From Hydrolagus colliei (taxonomy: Eukaryota): a DNA stretch of 64,000 bases. Position 1 is the stretch's first letter, and each line of letters opens with the position of its first letter. A program made the position numbers and the translations under genes. The stretch lies in NCBI GenBank assembly GCA_035084275.1, contig CM068757.1:7874001-7938000 (forward strand). Reading direction: 5' to 3'. This document shows, in pieces, positions 40,175 through 53,502 of the stretch. A model generated the notes under the pieces. The model was given only the letters and a program-made list of their open reading frames with translations. It did not search any database and was not told where the DNA came from.

Positions 40175-40400
40175 GCGTTCTCAACTCCCCCTGTGGCCTT
40201 GCTCCAGCCTATCTCCAAACTTCACTAGCTCGAAATTTTAGGGCCATGCTCTCTTCTCATTTGATTCTCAGTTCCTTGCTCATTCTCTACTCCATTCACT
40301 CCGCTATTGGAGGCCAAGCCTTCAATATCTAAGCTTCTGCCCTCTGGATTAGTTTTCTTAATCTCTTCTGGGCTACTTGTCTCACATTCTCACAATCATT
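40175..40400 (+). mobile_element. L2-clade LINE ORF2 C-terminal relic
   Basis: Translation GLAPAYL...IGGQAF then cctgccctctgg-like (AP.LWN) pattern. Confidence 0.6.
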
Positions 40401-40729
40401 TCTGCAAAGAAATGTCTGTGCTTTTAGTTGTCTTCAGTGTAACGTTGAGATTGTTCTCTAGTTTCAGATTCCTCTACTGATGGGAAGAGTAGTTTCCTAT
40501 CTACCTTCACAATTCCTGTGTGGGTTAAGGTGAGATGGATTCTGGTATCCAACTCAGTGAACTGCCAACACCAGCTATGGAGTAAATTGTTTGGAATCAT
40601 AGATAATGCCTCATTGGTATAGAGTAGCATTGTGACACCACTGAGGTAGTAATGCACAGGTCTGGCTGTACACCAGCACTGAGCCAGAAGGCTCTCACTT
40701 ACTGGTGGCTGAATGTTTCACTGGTTCCA

Positions 40730-41050
40730 ATAATAATACTGTAGTATTAATCCTTGAATTTGATATAACGCTTTTCACGTCTTCTAGACATCTCAAAGTG
40801 CTTCACAGAATCACAGAATGTAAAAGTGAATTGACTGTATATTTTGTGGGCAAAATGCAGCAACCAATTGCTCACAGCAGTGTCCGACAGACAGTCGTGG
40901 ATTGAAATAACTAACCTATTTTTTTTTTGAGGGACTATTATCAGGCGTGTGGTGAAAGGAAACTAGCCCAAGGTTTTGCCCTGCCTGGAATTGAACCCAG
41001 GTTTCTTCACTTGTAAGGCAAGTGCTCTAACCATTGAGCTACAGGACTCC
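40730..41050 (-). mobile_element. Full-length short tRNA-SINE (second head type)
   Basis: Minus strand GGAGTCCTGTAGCTCAATGGTTAGAGCAC..GGGTTCAATTCC (boxes A/B), ~320 bp, same tail as the Deu SINEs. Confidence 0.88.
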
Positions 41051-43159
41051 ACAATGATTGGAGGGAACGGAGGGCTGGACGGTGGGGGGCGGTGTGCAGG
41101 GACAGTGGGGGTTTGGAAATGTATTAACCGGGACTGAATTCTCAAATGAGTCAGAAATATAGAATCCTGGTGGTGACCAGAACCGATCACTCCCTCCGAC
41201 ACAGTGGAAAGGGTGTGTCTGCTTGTCTGCTCTAACACGACAGTAAATAGATCGAGTCAGTGTGGCGTCTCTGTAGTCATTGTGATGCCCATCTGATTAC
41301 AGGAAGGATTCAATATTTCCGAGTCCTGTTCGAATTCAGGTGAGACCACAATGTGCTTGGGTCTGGTGCTTTTGTTCTTCTCTGTCAAATTATAAAAATA
41401 TGATTCAAGAGTACGGTGTAGTGTGCAGTACAATAGAGAGAGAGAGATTGTGATCTTAGCTGGTAATTGCAACCAAACTGTCTAACTTATCTTCTGATCA
41501 GTGGGACACTACCCTGACACTGAGTATAACTGCTTTTTATTGCTGCAGTCATCTTTTCATTGAGTAACCCCTTTTACTGGTACAGGCTGCTGCTGCAAAC
41601 CATAAAAATATTTACTAGACATAATTCAGTGAAACCTCCTGCCTCTGCAGCTTTCTTCCCAAGTGTGTTGACTGAGGATAAGAAAATAAATGGACCAACA
41701 TAATGATGATAGCTCATGCATTGCGTAATGGAATATGTAGTCGACACGGAGCATGGAAGAGAAATGTAGCTTATGCCCTGGTGCTGGACGAAATTGATCT
41801 GCAGTGATGCATTGAACTTTGTATCCTGTTGGTAGGTGCTATGAGACCAAGGGGATGTTGTGAAGACACCCAGTTAAAAAGGAGGGGGCATTTCAGTCCG
41901 AAAGGAAGAAGCAGATTTGGAAAGTAAATGAGGGACAGGCAAGGAGCATGGAATCTCAGGTACTGAATGGGAAAGAAAGACATTGATGGTGAGTGAACTA
42001 CCAGAGGATATCATTATACAGGAGTAAAATGATTATTTTCTGTGCTGAGTTGAATATTAACCCACGACATTAAAAAGTTTGAAACATAGCATTGCATCAG
42101 TCAGATGTTCACTTTATTGAGCTTATTCAATAAGCAGAGCATATGGGTTACAGGAATTCATTTTGTATATTCAAAGAGGGTGTGAAGGATATTGAGGATT
42201 GGGTAATGAGAGAATGAAAGGAGGAACTCAAGGCAAAGCAGGGGATCAGAGAACTCATCAGCAACTCGTCACAGTAAGGGGCGACGAAAGGGCAACTGAG
42301 GTGAATGAGCGGAAGCGGGGGTATTCTGGGGATCAAAGTGCAGAGACTTCACTTAGATAAAACAAAATTAACCCAAGGCCTTCAAGTCTTCCTTCCTTCC
42401 ACCCATTAGTGAGCGATTTGCTGCCAATGAATCCTTTCTTCAGGCCCCAGAGATGAGAAGACTGTTTGGTAACACAAAGTGTAGCTGTGTGGTGTTCTAG
42501 TTTTGATATACAGTCTGCAAGGTTCAGCAATAATGGTCTTATTAAAGCCCGATTTTCCCATGGTGTACACATGAAGGAAACAGCACACCCAATCCAACAA
42601 CAACAACAACAACAAATTACATTTATAGAGCGCCTTTCACGTCGGGAGGACGTCCCAAGGCGCTGCACAGGAGGCGTATGACCATTCTGAGTCTGGGGAC
42701 TAGTATGAGTAAACATGGAGCCCATCAAAAGAGATTAATTTTGTCACATCATGTGACATTGAGCAATTGGTATCTATTCTGAAATCTGAAAAAGTAACTT
42801 CAAGTTTTACCAATTTGAGTTATTTTTTCTATTCCTTGTACATCGAAATGGATCCCATTTATTTTACTTGGGATTTTTGTTTTGCCAAATGTGGTCCCGT
42901 TCCTATTATTTCCATCATTGCTAATATAGGTTAAGCTTTTCTGCTTGACACAAGCAAGTGATTGTGGAAAGGATTGAACTGAGTGAAACGCATTCGGGAG
43001 GGAGAGAAAATTGCTTTTTTTTGCTGACAATTTCATGCCTCTCTTTATTTAAATGAGACTGATTTTATGAAATCTGATTTTATGAAACTGAAAATGGGTA
43101 TGAACAATCAAATTTAAAATTATTTTGGAGCTGAGCCAGTGTTATGATTTTATGACATG

Positions 43160-43500
43160 GAGTTCTGTTATGTATTGTTTAGAGCACTTACCGTGCAAAC
43201 GAGAGGACCGTGGTTCTATTTCCTGGGTAGGGCGAATCCTTAGACCAGTTTCCTTACTCCATACACTTCTGTTTATCTACCAGGAAGTAGGAACCTGTTT
43301 TTTAGTTGATTGTCAGATTGCTTTTCAGGGTTAATCATCCCGTCAAAAGCAAAATATGGTCACTCAATCGATGAGTATTGTGGGAGAATGCTGTGCTCAA
43401 TTGGCTGCCATGTTTTGCCCACAAAATATAGTCAATTTACTTCACAGTATATTCTGTGAAACACTGTGTTAAGGCGCAATATCAAATGCAAGATTATTAT
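43160..43500 (+). mobile_element. Short tRNA-SINE (second head type), degraded
   Basis: ggagttctgt..ttagagcacttaccgtgcaaacgagaggaccgtggttctatttcctgggtagggcgaa..gtttccttactcca, plus the shared tail. Confidence 0.8.
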
Positions 43501-44864
43501 GATGATAAAATTTAAGTTTGGAAATGCAGAAGTCTAAAGCTTAACAAAGTACAGTATTGAAATAATAAATAAACGCAAATGGAAGTTTGCCATAAAGGAC
43601 AATGAATAGCCGTCTCTACTTTGCCCTCTTGGTATGTTTGGCCACCATTGATTTGGAATGAAAGAAAGATTATGTATAAGTGCGCAGAACAGTGAGTTAT
43701 CCTCATTACTGAGCCTCACGAGAACAAAATACTAAACATCACACAGTGCCCTCCCCTTTTTATATATACACTCATTCTTTCATGCGTACACGCACATACA
43801 CACACTCACACGCACACACACACAATGCAGCCAATTCAGTATTGCTTCAATTAACAGAAAATGCTAAACCAGCTACCTTTCTGTTGATCTGGCTGGGAAG
43901 GTTGTCAGCAATAAACTTCCCTGGAGGAAATTTAAAGATCAGTCCATTTTAACTGTAACCTCCAGAGCTGGAGGCAGACAGACAATGAGGGCGACAGATT
44001 GAGAATTAATTGGTGCAATTAACATTTGGTGATTATTAGTATGGAGGATCCATACTCAAGGCAAATGACAGTATTGATGTTTGGACAGATACTTTGTGAA
44101 AAGAACAAAAGTTCAGAATTAGAGGTGTGGTTGTAAAGAGCATGGCCATGTTCACTGTTTATAGGATGTATTGAGGCTCCAATGATGTGCCTCAGCTATC
44201 AGTTTTGTTTGTCTTAACTTGTATTACACATGTCACTTACATTGGCTGTAAAAGCAGATGGTTGGCATAAGGCCTCAGGATGTCACTCTTGCCTACAGCG
44301 AGACATGTGAAATCAGACTTTCTTATAGTGAAACCTTTCTAAACCTTTGAGTGCTTTGGGATGCCCCCCAGAAGTGAAAGGTACTGTATGTGAGTAAATT
44401 GTACTGTAGATTGTATTGTAAAGTTTCAGTCCAGCAAGTACTGCTAATGTAAGCAAAGCCGAGAGAGAACCCTTTATTACTAATCTCGCTTTTTCTCGCT
44501 GTGTTTATATTTTTACATGTCACTAGTAACTAAGGGGACTTTCTATCAGGAATAAAGCTACTTGCTCTTGAATTGTGTCAAAATGATGGGTGTGAATTAT
44601 CCTGAATTCTCTCTCTTAGGTTCTCCCTTCAAAACTCTCGAGTGGTGGTTGGAGCATAGTTAACATTAGTCGTATCATTTAAAAACAAACTCCTAAGCCA
44701 AGTTGCTCTTTTTAGTTGAAAGCTAAATGTGGAGTCAATGTAATATTGCTGGGAGAGAGGCCTATATATTGGTTAAAGAGGTCAAGGTCTGTGTACAATA
44801 CCATGGAAAAGGCAGTAGTGTGTTTACCAACAGAATCATGCAAGAGGGAAACCGAATAAGCTGC

Positions 44865-45080
44865 AACAAAATACAGTCACTACACTTTGAAGTAATTCCT
44901 GCGAAGCGTCTTTGACGAGTCTCAATGACATGATAAGGTGCTATATTAAATGCAGTGATTATTATTGGGAGGTAATAATGCCACGAGGATTTGATATAGC
45001 GCCTTTTCACGTCATTGTGACTACTCAAAGCACTTCCCAGAATATGCCGTAAACTGGATTGACTGTATTTTGTGGTCATA
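44865..45080. mobile_element. Tail-to-tail pair of SINE 3' ends
   Basis: Plus tail ends ..aatgcagtgattattatt, 6-nt spacer gggagg, then minus tail taataatg..atttgatatagcgccttttcacg. Confidence 0.78.
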
Positions 45081-46039
45081 TGGGGGAGGAACTGGAAAAT
45101 GGGATTAATAATAAAAGATGATTTAGATCTGAATAATAGATAGTAGCAGTACAGGTAGGCTGGTCTGAAAGGCTTCCTCCTGTGCTGTAAGATTCTATCG
45201 TTCGATATACACATGTCAGCTCTATTAAGGTTTGCAGACAATAGACAATAGAGCTGTAGGACAATGGAGTGGAGGACAATAGAGCTGGAGAAGAAAGCGA
45301 AGAGATCCCAGAGAGAAAACTGCTATATTGAAAGCAAAATCCAGAGGATCAGAGCTGCATAGTATGTTGGAAGGTGTTAACATTTTGGAGTTTTGGCCGA
45401 TTAACTGTGAGGTGGAGAGGGATTTCACAGCCTTATCTTGTTAGAGTTTTGTCCATGGTTGGTTATCTCTCGGGAGATTGAGTGGGTAAAGTTTATTATA
45501 AGGCAAATTGTACATGGTATGTGGAGGAAATTGGCTTGATAGGTCAAGTAGAACATGGAAAGGTCATACTTTTTGTTAAGATCGGAAGTTGTACGGGCAT
45601 TGAAACTTGAAGTAAAAATGAGACAGATTGGTGTTCGTTTGATAGCTCAGTGGGTAAAGTCAATAGTCAGAATTGAACTGAGCCAAATGGACCAGGTTCG
45701 ATCACCGTTTCACATTGCGGTGCTGGGTAATCTGAGGTTAACTCACTCAATTTGTGCCAGTGTCACATGCTAGAAAGGTTACAATCAATCAGTGACTGCA
45801 GCAATGCAATGCCCATGACTTGAAAATACTGTACCTCCCACTGCTTCTGTATGCCTGAGCAATAACATTAAGAGCAACAAAATTACATTTACAGAGCGGA
45901 GGCTGAGGAGGAAGGGGTTTGGGATGGTCCTATAGCTTCCCCAGGCCCCATTATGAAGAATGGCCACTTGAATGATGTACATGAACAGCTTCGGTGACTT
46001 TCTGCAAGGGACTCACCCCACCCCACTGTAAAGAGGGGA

Positions 46040-46232
46040 TAATAACAACAACAAGGATTTATATAGCGTCCTCCACTCCAGATGGCGTCTCAGAGCGCTT
46101 CACAATAGCGGAGCCCGAGACCGAGCCAGCGGTAGGGGGAAGGCGCGGTCGAACAGAAAGGTCTTCAGGCGCAACCTGAAAATGGAAAAGGAGGGGGTGA
46201 GGCGTAGGTATTGAGGGAGGGAGTTCCAGCGT
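46040..46232 (-). mobile_element. L2-clade LINE 3' end with (GTT)n tail
   Basis: On the minus strand: ctggaactccctccctcaatacctacgc (WNSLP..LR) ... ttttcaggttgcgcctgaagacctttctgttcgac (F...LKTFLF), then aagcgctctgagacgcc..gctatataaat tail. Confidence 0.85.
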
Positions 46233-46589
46233 TATAGAGAATGAAAGAATGAAAAATTGAAAAAGTTAAAGATTTTTTTTCTAAAAAGTCTGTTGGCACA
46301 GTGAAGTAGCCACTTGCGTGAGAAGTTTAAGATTGACACTGCAACAGTGTTCCTCTCCTGTTTTGGGTGAAGTCACATTGTCAGAGTTTACTCAGTATCT
46401 GACCTTGCTATACAGCATTTTAGGTTGGTGCGGTCCAGAGTGGGATACCCCTTGTATTGGTAAATGTTCACAATTCCCACCATATGCATCTCACACAACA
46501 CATGTAAACACACACACACAGACGTGTATGCACATAACTGCGACATAAAAGAATATAGAAACAGAATGAAATGACAGATCCCGAAAGAA

Positions 46590-47340
46590 AGATAAGCCCA
46601 TCAACAATAAAGCTAAAACCATTATTTTTGAATAGAGGAGGAAATTAGGATTAAATTATTCCCATTAAAGACAGTTGTTCTCATTGCGTGGACAGACGAG
46701 GGAGATGAGATAGATCCGGGTCTCAACGTGCACTTTGCTAGTCCAGCTTGTTTAAATAGTTAGTGCTCTGAAGGATAAGTAAAGCTGCTGTTAGCTGCAT
46801 TTTAGTCTTAATTAGCGGAAGGCTTTCTCATTAATCTCTATTAAAAGATAAATTTGCCATTCTTTAGTTTTCGCTCTTGTATTAATTAACTTGGGTTTTC
46901 TGTAAATTTGTGTTTGTGGAGGTTTATACAGTTTGACAGAAGCTGCTTTATTACACGAGTGTGATTGCTAATTCCTCTGTGCCCTGAGAATGAAGCTCGC
47001 GCTGGTATACGCACAGGTGAATAATCACTTAAAGGAGTCTTTGAACTCTACAGATAATTATTTTCAGTCCCGAGTGCTATCCCTCTTGATGTTGTCTGGG
47101 TGCTTTATTTTTTTTAATAACTTAATTCGGTAAGAAATTAAAATTTGGAGCGAGCATCATCAAGTCAATCTGCTGGAGGAAATCTCTTTGCCAATGAAAC
47201 CTTTGTCATGTACTTGAAGCAGATAAAACTCATTGTGAAAGATGCCGGTGAATTAAAAGTGATTTAAGGGTAACAGACAACAGCAATGGCCTGAAATTAC
47301 ACCTAATCTTAGTTTATTGGATCATTTTGTCTTAAATGTA
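46590..47340. promoter_or_regulatory. Candidate conserved non-coding enhancer
   Basis: Repeat-free block with retained CpGs, four plus-strand AGATAA sites (46590, 46846, 47052, 47221) and multiple TAAT/TAATTA motifs. Conservation not testable here. Confidence 0.5.
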
Positions 47341-49279
47341 TCCCTAACCTCTAGAATTTATCAGTCTGAAGTCTTGACGATTTGAAACCTATCTCTATGG
47401 TCACCTCCCTCTCCCCACCTCTCGGATCTGCGCTGCTCAGAACACATTCCTCCCATTGTAAAGCACTCTGCGATTCTATTCTGTGTGTGAGGGGCTCAGT
47501 GTAGATGGAAGATCTGGTATTAAAATGTAACATCACACAGCATTGTGGAAAATTCATCAAATCAATCTTAATTTGGAAGCTGATTCCCTCAGTTCTTAAC
47601 AAAACCCATTTGAACACAAAATGGAGAAGTAGGCAAGGAGGAATTTCAGGCTTCTGGTGAGATATTTGTTGCTTTTACCGCCGATTTCCTTCTTAAGAGA
47701 ATCATCCCACAGGCTTTTATGCAAAAGCCTGAATGCTTCACATCAATGCTGTCTATTATTAAAGGAAGAATTAGCTCCACAGATAATTACGCTCACTTAG
47801 CTATGGAAGAAGTGAACATGCCAGCTGAGGAGATTGCTAGCAATTCAGCTTTCACTCCCCTACTTCCTCAGTAATGAGTATTTACTTGATCCTCTGCTAT
47901 TTTGGCGTACGGCAGAATACCTAAAGACACCTGATTAAGGCTACCGGATAGCCTAAATACTAATAATCCTTGCATTCGATACAGCGTCTTATCACGTCTT
48001 TGTGATGTTTCAAAGTGATTCACGTGATATACAGTAAAGTGGATTTACAAAGTATTTTGTGGGCAATCAAGGTTTGATTGAAGAAAAGAAAATGATTGCT
48101 ACAAGTGCAAAGGTATCATGGCAGATCCATACAAGCATGTGCTTTTTTTTGTGGTGGTGTGAACATACCAAACCAACACTGGCACAAACCATACTAACAG
48201 TGGAAGAAAAAGGCAGGTTAGTAGTGCCTCTAACATAAGACTGCAAACTGAAGTGAGAAAAGAAAAGGTTCACTGATACATCACATAACGCTCGAAGAGA
48301 ATTGAGCATTAACACGTAGGTAGGTAGAGGCCTTCACATGCTGTTGCATTTCCTGAGACTAAACAGAAAGCTTTTGGGCTGCATATCTGAAAAGCTTTAC
48401 GACTCCTTCCCACATACATTTCAGGTTAGCTGAGACATTGTGAGTGTGACTTCATCTCAGAATAAATTATAACAATAAATGAATGATGTTGGGAAATAAA
48501 ATAATAAATATATTGCTGATTCAAGCATAGAATTCCAATCTACCAAATCCCTTCCCACTTGCACCCATTATACAGAGTTTCTGATCCAAGCATATCACTT
48601 AAAAGTATAATCCCATTCCAAGCATAAAATCCTTCCCAATTATTTGTGTTGCATTTCTAAGTGCACTGAATATTATCAAAACAGCTCTCAACGGTTCTGT
48701 TTTGCACACTAACGACTTCTTGTAAAACATCATATTTTGTATAATTAAGCGTTTTAATTTAGATTCAGTTGCAACATGAATGATTAAATGGGTGAGATAT
48801 AAATTGTACAAATTGGCCTTTTTCTAATAAGCAGACAATGGTAATCCTGATTGGAGCATAATATTTCCTGGAAAGCCGCATACATGTTTAACTGTACACA
48901 AGAAATGACAGCAGAATGCCCTGCGTTAACTGAATGTTGCGGTGAACCACGGATTAATATAGAATCGATCTTTTCTTGTGACCTGGAAGAATTTATGTTT
49001 AGAGTGCCACGTTGTCAATTATTTTTGAATTCCTCTTGATTTGATTCAATGTGGAACTCTTTGGGGATAAGAACCAACAAAAAAGGTATTGATAGTTTTC
49101 ATTTCGCCGAAGTCAGTGATTCCACTGTGACCTTTGAACATTCTAACGCTAAAATTTCAAAAAGAAACCTCTTGCATGGTTTATTCAGTGGATTGACAGC
49201 TTTGCTGTTGCTGGAAATTTAAGAAATCAACCAATGCAAATCGGAGAACAATGTAACTTGAATCAGCCGCACTACATAG

Positions 49280-49540
49280 TTAATAATCCTTGCATTTGAT
49301 ATATACTTGCTTTTCACATCTTATCGATATCTCAAAGTGCTTCACAGACTATACTTTAAAGTGAATTGACTGCATATTTGTGGGTGAAACGTGGCAGCCA
49401 ATTGTGCACTTCAGTGTTTCACAAACAATTGTGGATTGAAATGTCCAATTTTTTTTATTATTGTGTTTTTTTGGAGGGATTACTATTAAGCGTGTGGAGT
49501 AAGGAAACTTGCCCAAGAATTTACCCTGATCTGCCTGGAC
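49280..49540 (-). mobile_element. Short tRNA-SINE, 5'-truncated
   Basis: Close match to 62266-62510 (gtggattgaaatgtcca..gtgtggagtaaggaaacttgcccaag). Confidence 0.85.
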
Positions 49541-49849
49541 GCTCAAGTAAAAAGAACATCTCATAACACTTGACATTGGTGCACATACATAGCCAGCAGC
49601 AAAATAAGAAATTGTTAAATCTGCTGACAAAAAGTATGGTCATTTTAAGTTTAAAACATGCGAGGAGGTTTTAAAGAGGATTTTAGAAGGAGAGATGGTG
49701 AGAGATGGAGATGGTGACACACAGATAGTTGGCAAGGCAAAATGGCTTGGAAGACTTCCACAGGAGTGGAGAACGGTGACTGAAAGTTTGAAAGTGAAAG
49801 CGGTGAGGAGCGAGTGATTAAACAGGATTCAGAAGGTAACATTGCCCAT

Positions 49850-50140
49850 GTTTTTACAGACAAAATCACAAGTTCAGGGATATGATGAACTTCAAGAAGC
49901 AAATATTTTTACATAGGACAATCAACAGCTAGAGTAATTTCCTAGGGAGAATGGTAAAAGCCAAGGCACTTGACTAATTGAAAAAACAGTTTGTTCTGAT
50001 AACAGATCTGATTACTTAGCAAATAATAGTTTGTTCCCTTCTCATTCGGGAATCAGAAGAGTGGGCATTCTGGATGGAATGGACGAGTTCAAATGGACTG
50101 ATGGATCTTCTTTATTGGAAGTTCTTTCATTTTCTTATGG
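49850..50140 (+). mobile_element. Highly degraded CR1 3' fragment
   Basis: Patchy similarity to the CR1 ORF2 end and 3' UTR (gagaatggtaaaagc..., aatggactgatggatcttcttt). Confidence 0.45.
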
Positions 50141-50296
50141 GGATAGGAATTCCCTTTGCATGATGAGAAGTGGTATAGGTGCTATACATTGTCCAGCAGT
50201 ATGAAAACCAAAGAACTGTGGACAGAACGAGCACTTAAAATTGATGTTTGGCAGTTACTCAACTGCTGGTGATACCAGGTCCTTACAAATACACTA

Positions 50297-50484
50297 CAGT
50301 AAAAGCCTGTTTATCTGTGACACGATCAACCGGAACTTCCATATTACTAGCACCTCAAAAAGGTCTGCGTTCGTTTAACTGGAACTTATCCGGCACAATG
50401 TATTATTTTTTTTAAAATTTCCGGCATGCGCTTTAACCGGCATTGGCCAAGTCCCGAGGGTGCCAGATAAATGGGCTTTTACTG
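50297..50484. mobile_element. Tc1/mariner (Tigger/pogo-like) MITE, 188 bp
   Basis: TIRs CAGTAAAAGCCTGTTTATCTG and CAGATAAATGGGCTTTTACTG match at 19/21. 5' flank TA, 3' flank TG. Internal xCCGG subrepeats. Confidence 0.8.
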
Positions 50485-52169
50485 TGATTTGAATCACAAT
50501 GCTTTTACTTTGTATTGTTAAAACCAGTCCACCTTCGCCCAAGAGGAGAATATTTCAGCTAATAAAACCAATGTTAAATAGGAAACTAGGGGATATGAGA
50601 AATTACTTGGGGTTTAGTTCTTTAAATGGACTAGTTGAAAGCTGCCATTATGCAATTATTGAAGTGGCTGCCGATGACTTCCAGCAGTCATATTGATCTT
50701 GTTTTCAAATCTTTATGGCCAATTATACAGCAATTTCAGAATCACATCATTAGTAAGTATTTTTTCTCTCTTGCTAGTTATTAAAATTAGTCATTTTGGA
50801 AGTTTTTATTGATGTGATGCAGCGCAGCAAAGTGGACTGAGATCTTGCATGGTCGGAAAATCAAACTTGCTGAAACATTGCGAGCCAAAAGAGCCTTAAA
50901 TTAATAAGATATTGCAGAATCTTTGAACCGGACAAAGATCTCATTCCATGATTCAGGGTTTGAATGATCTGATCAGAGAGCTTAGAATATCTGAAATCAC
51001 TAAACAAATTAGATTTAGACTCGTTCACCCTTCCCTATTAGTTTTGTCCTCTCACTGGTTCCTACTGAATTGTGAACTTACAGTTGCATGAAATACTTTC
51101 ATATGTGTGAAAAGTTCCAAATGCATTACATTTTTTAATGGATTTTGCCTTAATCAACTTAACAATATTAATAATACTTGCATTTGATATAGTGCCTTAT
51201 CATGTCGTTGAGACATCTCAAAGTGCTTCACAGAATATACTGTAAAGTGAATAAACATAAGGACTTGTCTGAGTTTCGGTTTGATATTGCACAGAAACAG
51301 AGGAGTGGTGAATGAGGAACCAGAGTCGTGCAAATAAAAATTTGTTACAGAAACTGGAGACACAATCCAATTTAGTCTATTTCCAGAGTTGACTTCCCAT
51401 GGGTCTTTAGGAATTCTATTAAGGAATACTACAATTTAGGGGCAATACTATAATATTGGAAGAAATATCGCAAATTAAGAATGGACGGTATTTCAAGGGG
51501 AAGAATAGCTCTCTCATTGAACATCAAAGACATGGTGAATGTAGAATTATTGGACTCTCTCAGTCCCTTTCTTACTATCTCACGTTCCATGTTCAGATTC
51601 ATCCTGAACTGGCTCATCGAACCACAAAGCCAATAAATCCCTAAACCACTTCCCCTTGAAGAACGCTTAATCCAGAAAATGTGGAGAATGCAGAAAAAGT
51701 TAGATTAGTTGCTGTTGAGCGTGTCAGGGATATATTTTTTTGGCTCCATGGCTTGCTGAGGCAGGCCAGGAACTTGAAAACAAGAGATAGCGACAGTTAC
51801 AACCCCAAATGAACTAAACCCACCACATCTTGAAGATTAAACAATTTTCTGCTGCATAAAGATTCTTACATTGGGTAGAAACATGATTTATTTGCCCAGT
51901 CTTGTTCATTGTGGGAGGTTATGGGGGCTCCTAGCTCTGGCCTCATGGCTCGGCTGATCCACACGGGAATCAAACATTAACAATAGGGATTATAGATGCT
52001 GAAATATACAATGTCCTCTAAAACTACAATGATATTTGTTTATCCCCTGGCAGGATAACATTAGATTCAGAAAAAATTGACATTTATTTAGTATTAAAAT
52101 GTTAACATTAAATAAAACGCAAAATAATTTTTTGGTGTTAAAATAGCAACACTAAATAGATCTCTTTGA

Positions 52170-52300
52170 TTGCATATTTTGTGCTTTTCGCCCACAAAAT
52201 ATATCATTCATTTTACAGTACAGTATATTCTGTGAACTGCTTTGAGATGTCTCAACAAAGTGATAAGGCGCTATTTCAGATACAAGGACTATTATTATTA
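52170..52300 (+). mobile_element. SINE 3' tail
   Basis: ttcgcccacaaaat..attctgtgaactgctttgagatgtctc..gataaggcgcta..(tta)n. Confidence 0.75.
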
Positions 52301-53324
52301 ATATTAAAAAGTGGGGGCCAATATTTAATGTAATTCAAACTCTCATATCTATTTATATTTGAATCCATAGGTCCTTGAAAATGATATTGAGTTCAGATCA
52401 TGCATTTTATTGCTAAAACATACCAATATTCAATCTAAGGACTATACGATCTTTTAACTAAATTAGTATGTTTTTGCAGTGGAGCAAGTCTGTCTTTGGT
52501 TCACAAAATTTGTTCATTAAAGAAATTCTGATTATTATTTTGCAGCATTAAATTACAGGGGAGATACCAACGATATCACAGTTTTTATTACTTTTATTTT
52601 CTTTAACTTCAGAGGGTTGGTACAATTTACATTTTCAGCTCACTCAACATTTCCTGGAGATTTGGAAAAATCTGTGAACTCTTGCACAAAAAAATAACAA
52701 TTCTATCGATCTTACATAGTTTATTAGTTCACAGGACTTATCAAGTTACATGCCTTGTGCTGTGTCTGTAACCTGGATGTCTCATGGAATTAAATGGCAT
52801 TTTATATTGTGCAGTGAAGCAGTCATATAAGAAATTACTGTCTTATATTTTCTGCTAATAATTTCCAGGTACTGTTTGCAAAAACTGTTATTAACGTACA
52901 CGTTTCTCTACTGGGCAATGCAATTTAGGAGAAGAGGCTTAAAAATTAAAGTAGCTGAACTGGTTTCAGATTTCACAGCAGAGCTACTCCCTGTTAAAGG
53001 AAGATTTCTCCCAGGTTTGTTTCCTGATACCACTGGGATCAGCTTGCTCCACTGCAGAGACTGTTTCAGCAAGTTGACTCCCACTGTAACCATCAGATTA
53101 TTTGGCTGCCACTGTTAGCTTTCTCAACTCGATTTGACTTATTTTAATTCTAAAAACAGAAGAGGGAGAAAAACGTGTGCAGCGTTGGACACAATCGGAA
53201 ACAAAATGTTATATCATTGGATGCAAACATTTGTTGCCTGCTTTTAAAGGCCTGAAATTTCACCTTGTCAGTTTTTGTTAGACCATTTGGTCTTATTTTA
53301 AATTGCACAGGGCATTTAAATTTT

Positions 53325-53502
53325 GGAGAACGTTGTCCTCGCCGACAATCCCCCAAATAATATTGGTCACTCACTCCATGGCTGTTTGTGGGAATATTGC
53401 TGCACACAACTGGCTACCGCATTTACCCACAAACTGCACAATCAATCCACTTTACAGGAAATGCTGTGAAGCGATTTCGGTGACAAGACACAATATTATT
53501 AT
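53325..53502 (+). mobile_element. SINE 3' half
   Basis: ttggtcactcactccatggctgtttgtgggaatattgctgcacacaactggct..ctgtgaagcg. Confidence 0.72.

Noticed and set aside
41900-42330. Purine-rich stretch as a possible L2 endonuclease relic (similar stretch at 45230-45540)
   Set aside because: Similarity too weak to call by eye; needs BLASTX.
42333-42728. 131-aa ORF with poly-Cys and the opposite-strand poly-Gln ORF
   Set aside because: The runs come from the (AAC)n tail of an L2-type end.
44762-45241. Longest ORF in the track (159 aa, minus strand)
   Set aside because: It runs through two SINE tails, has no domain-like sequence and no splice context.
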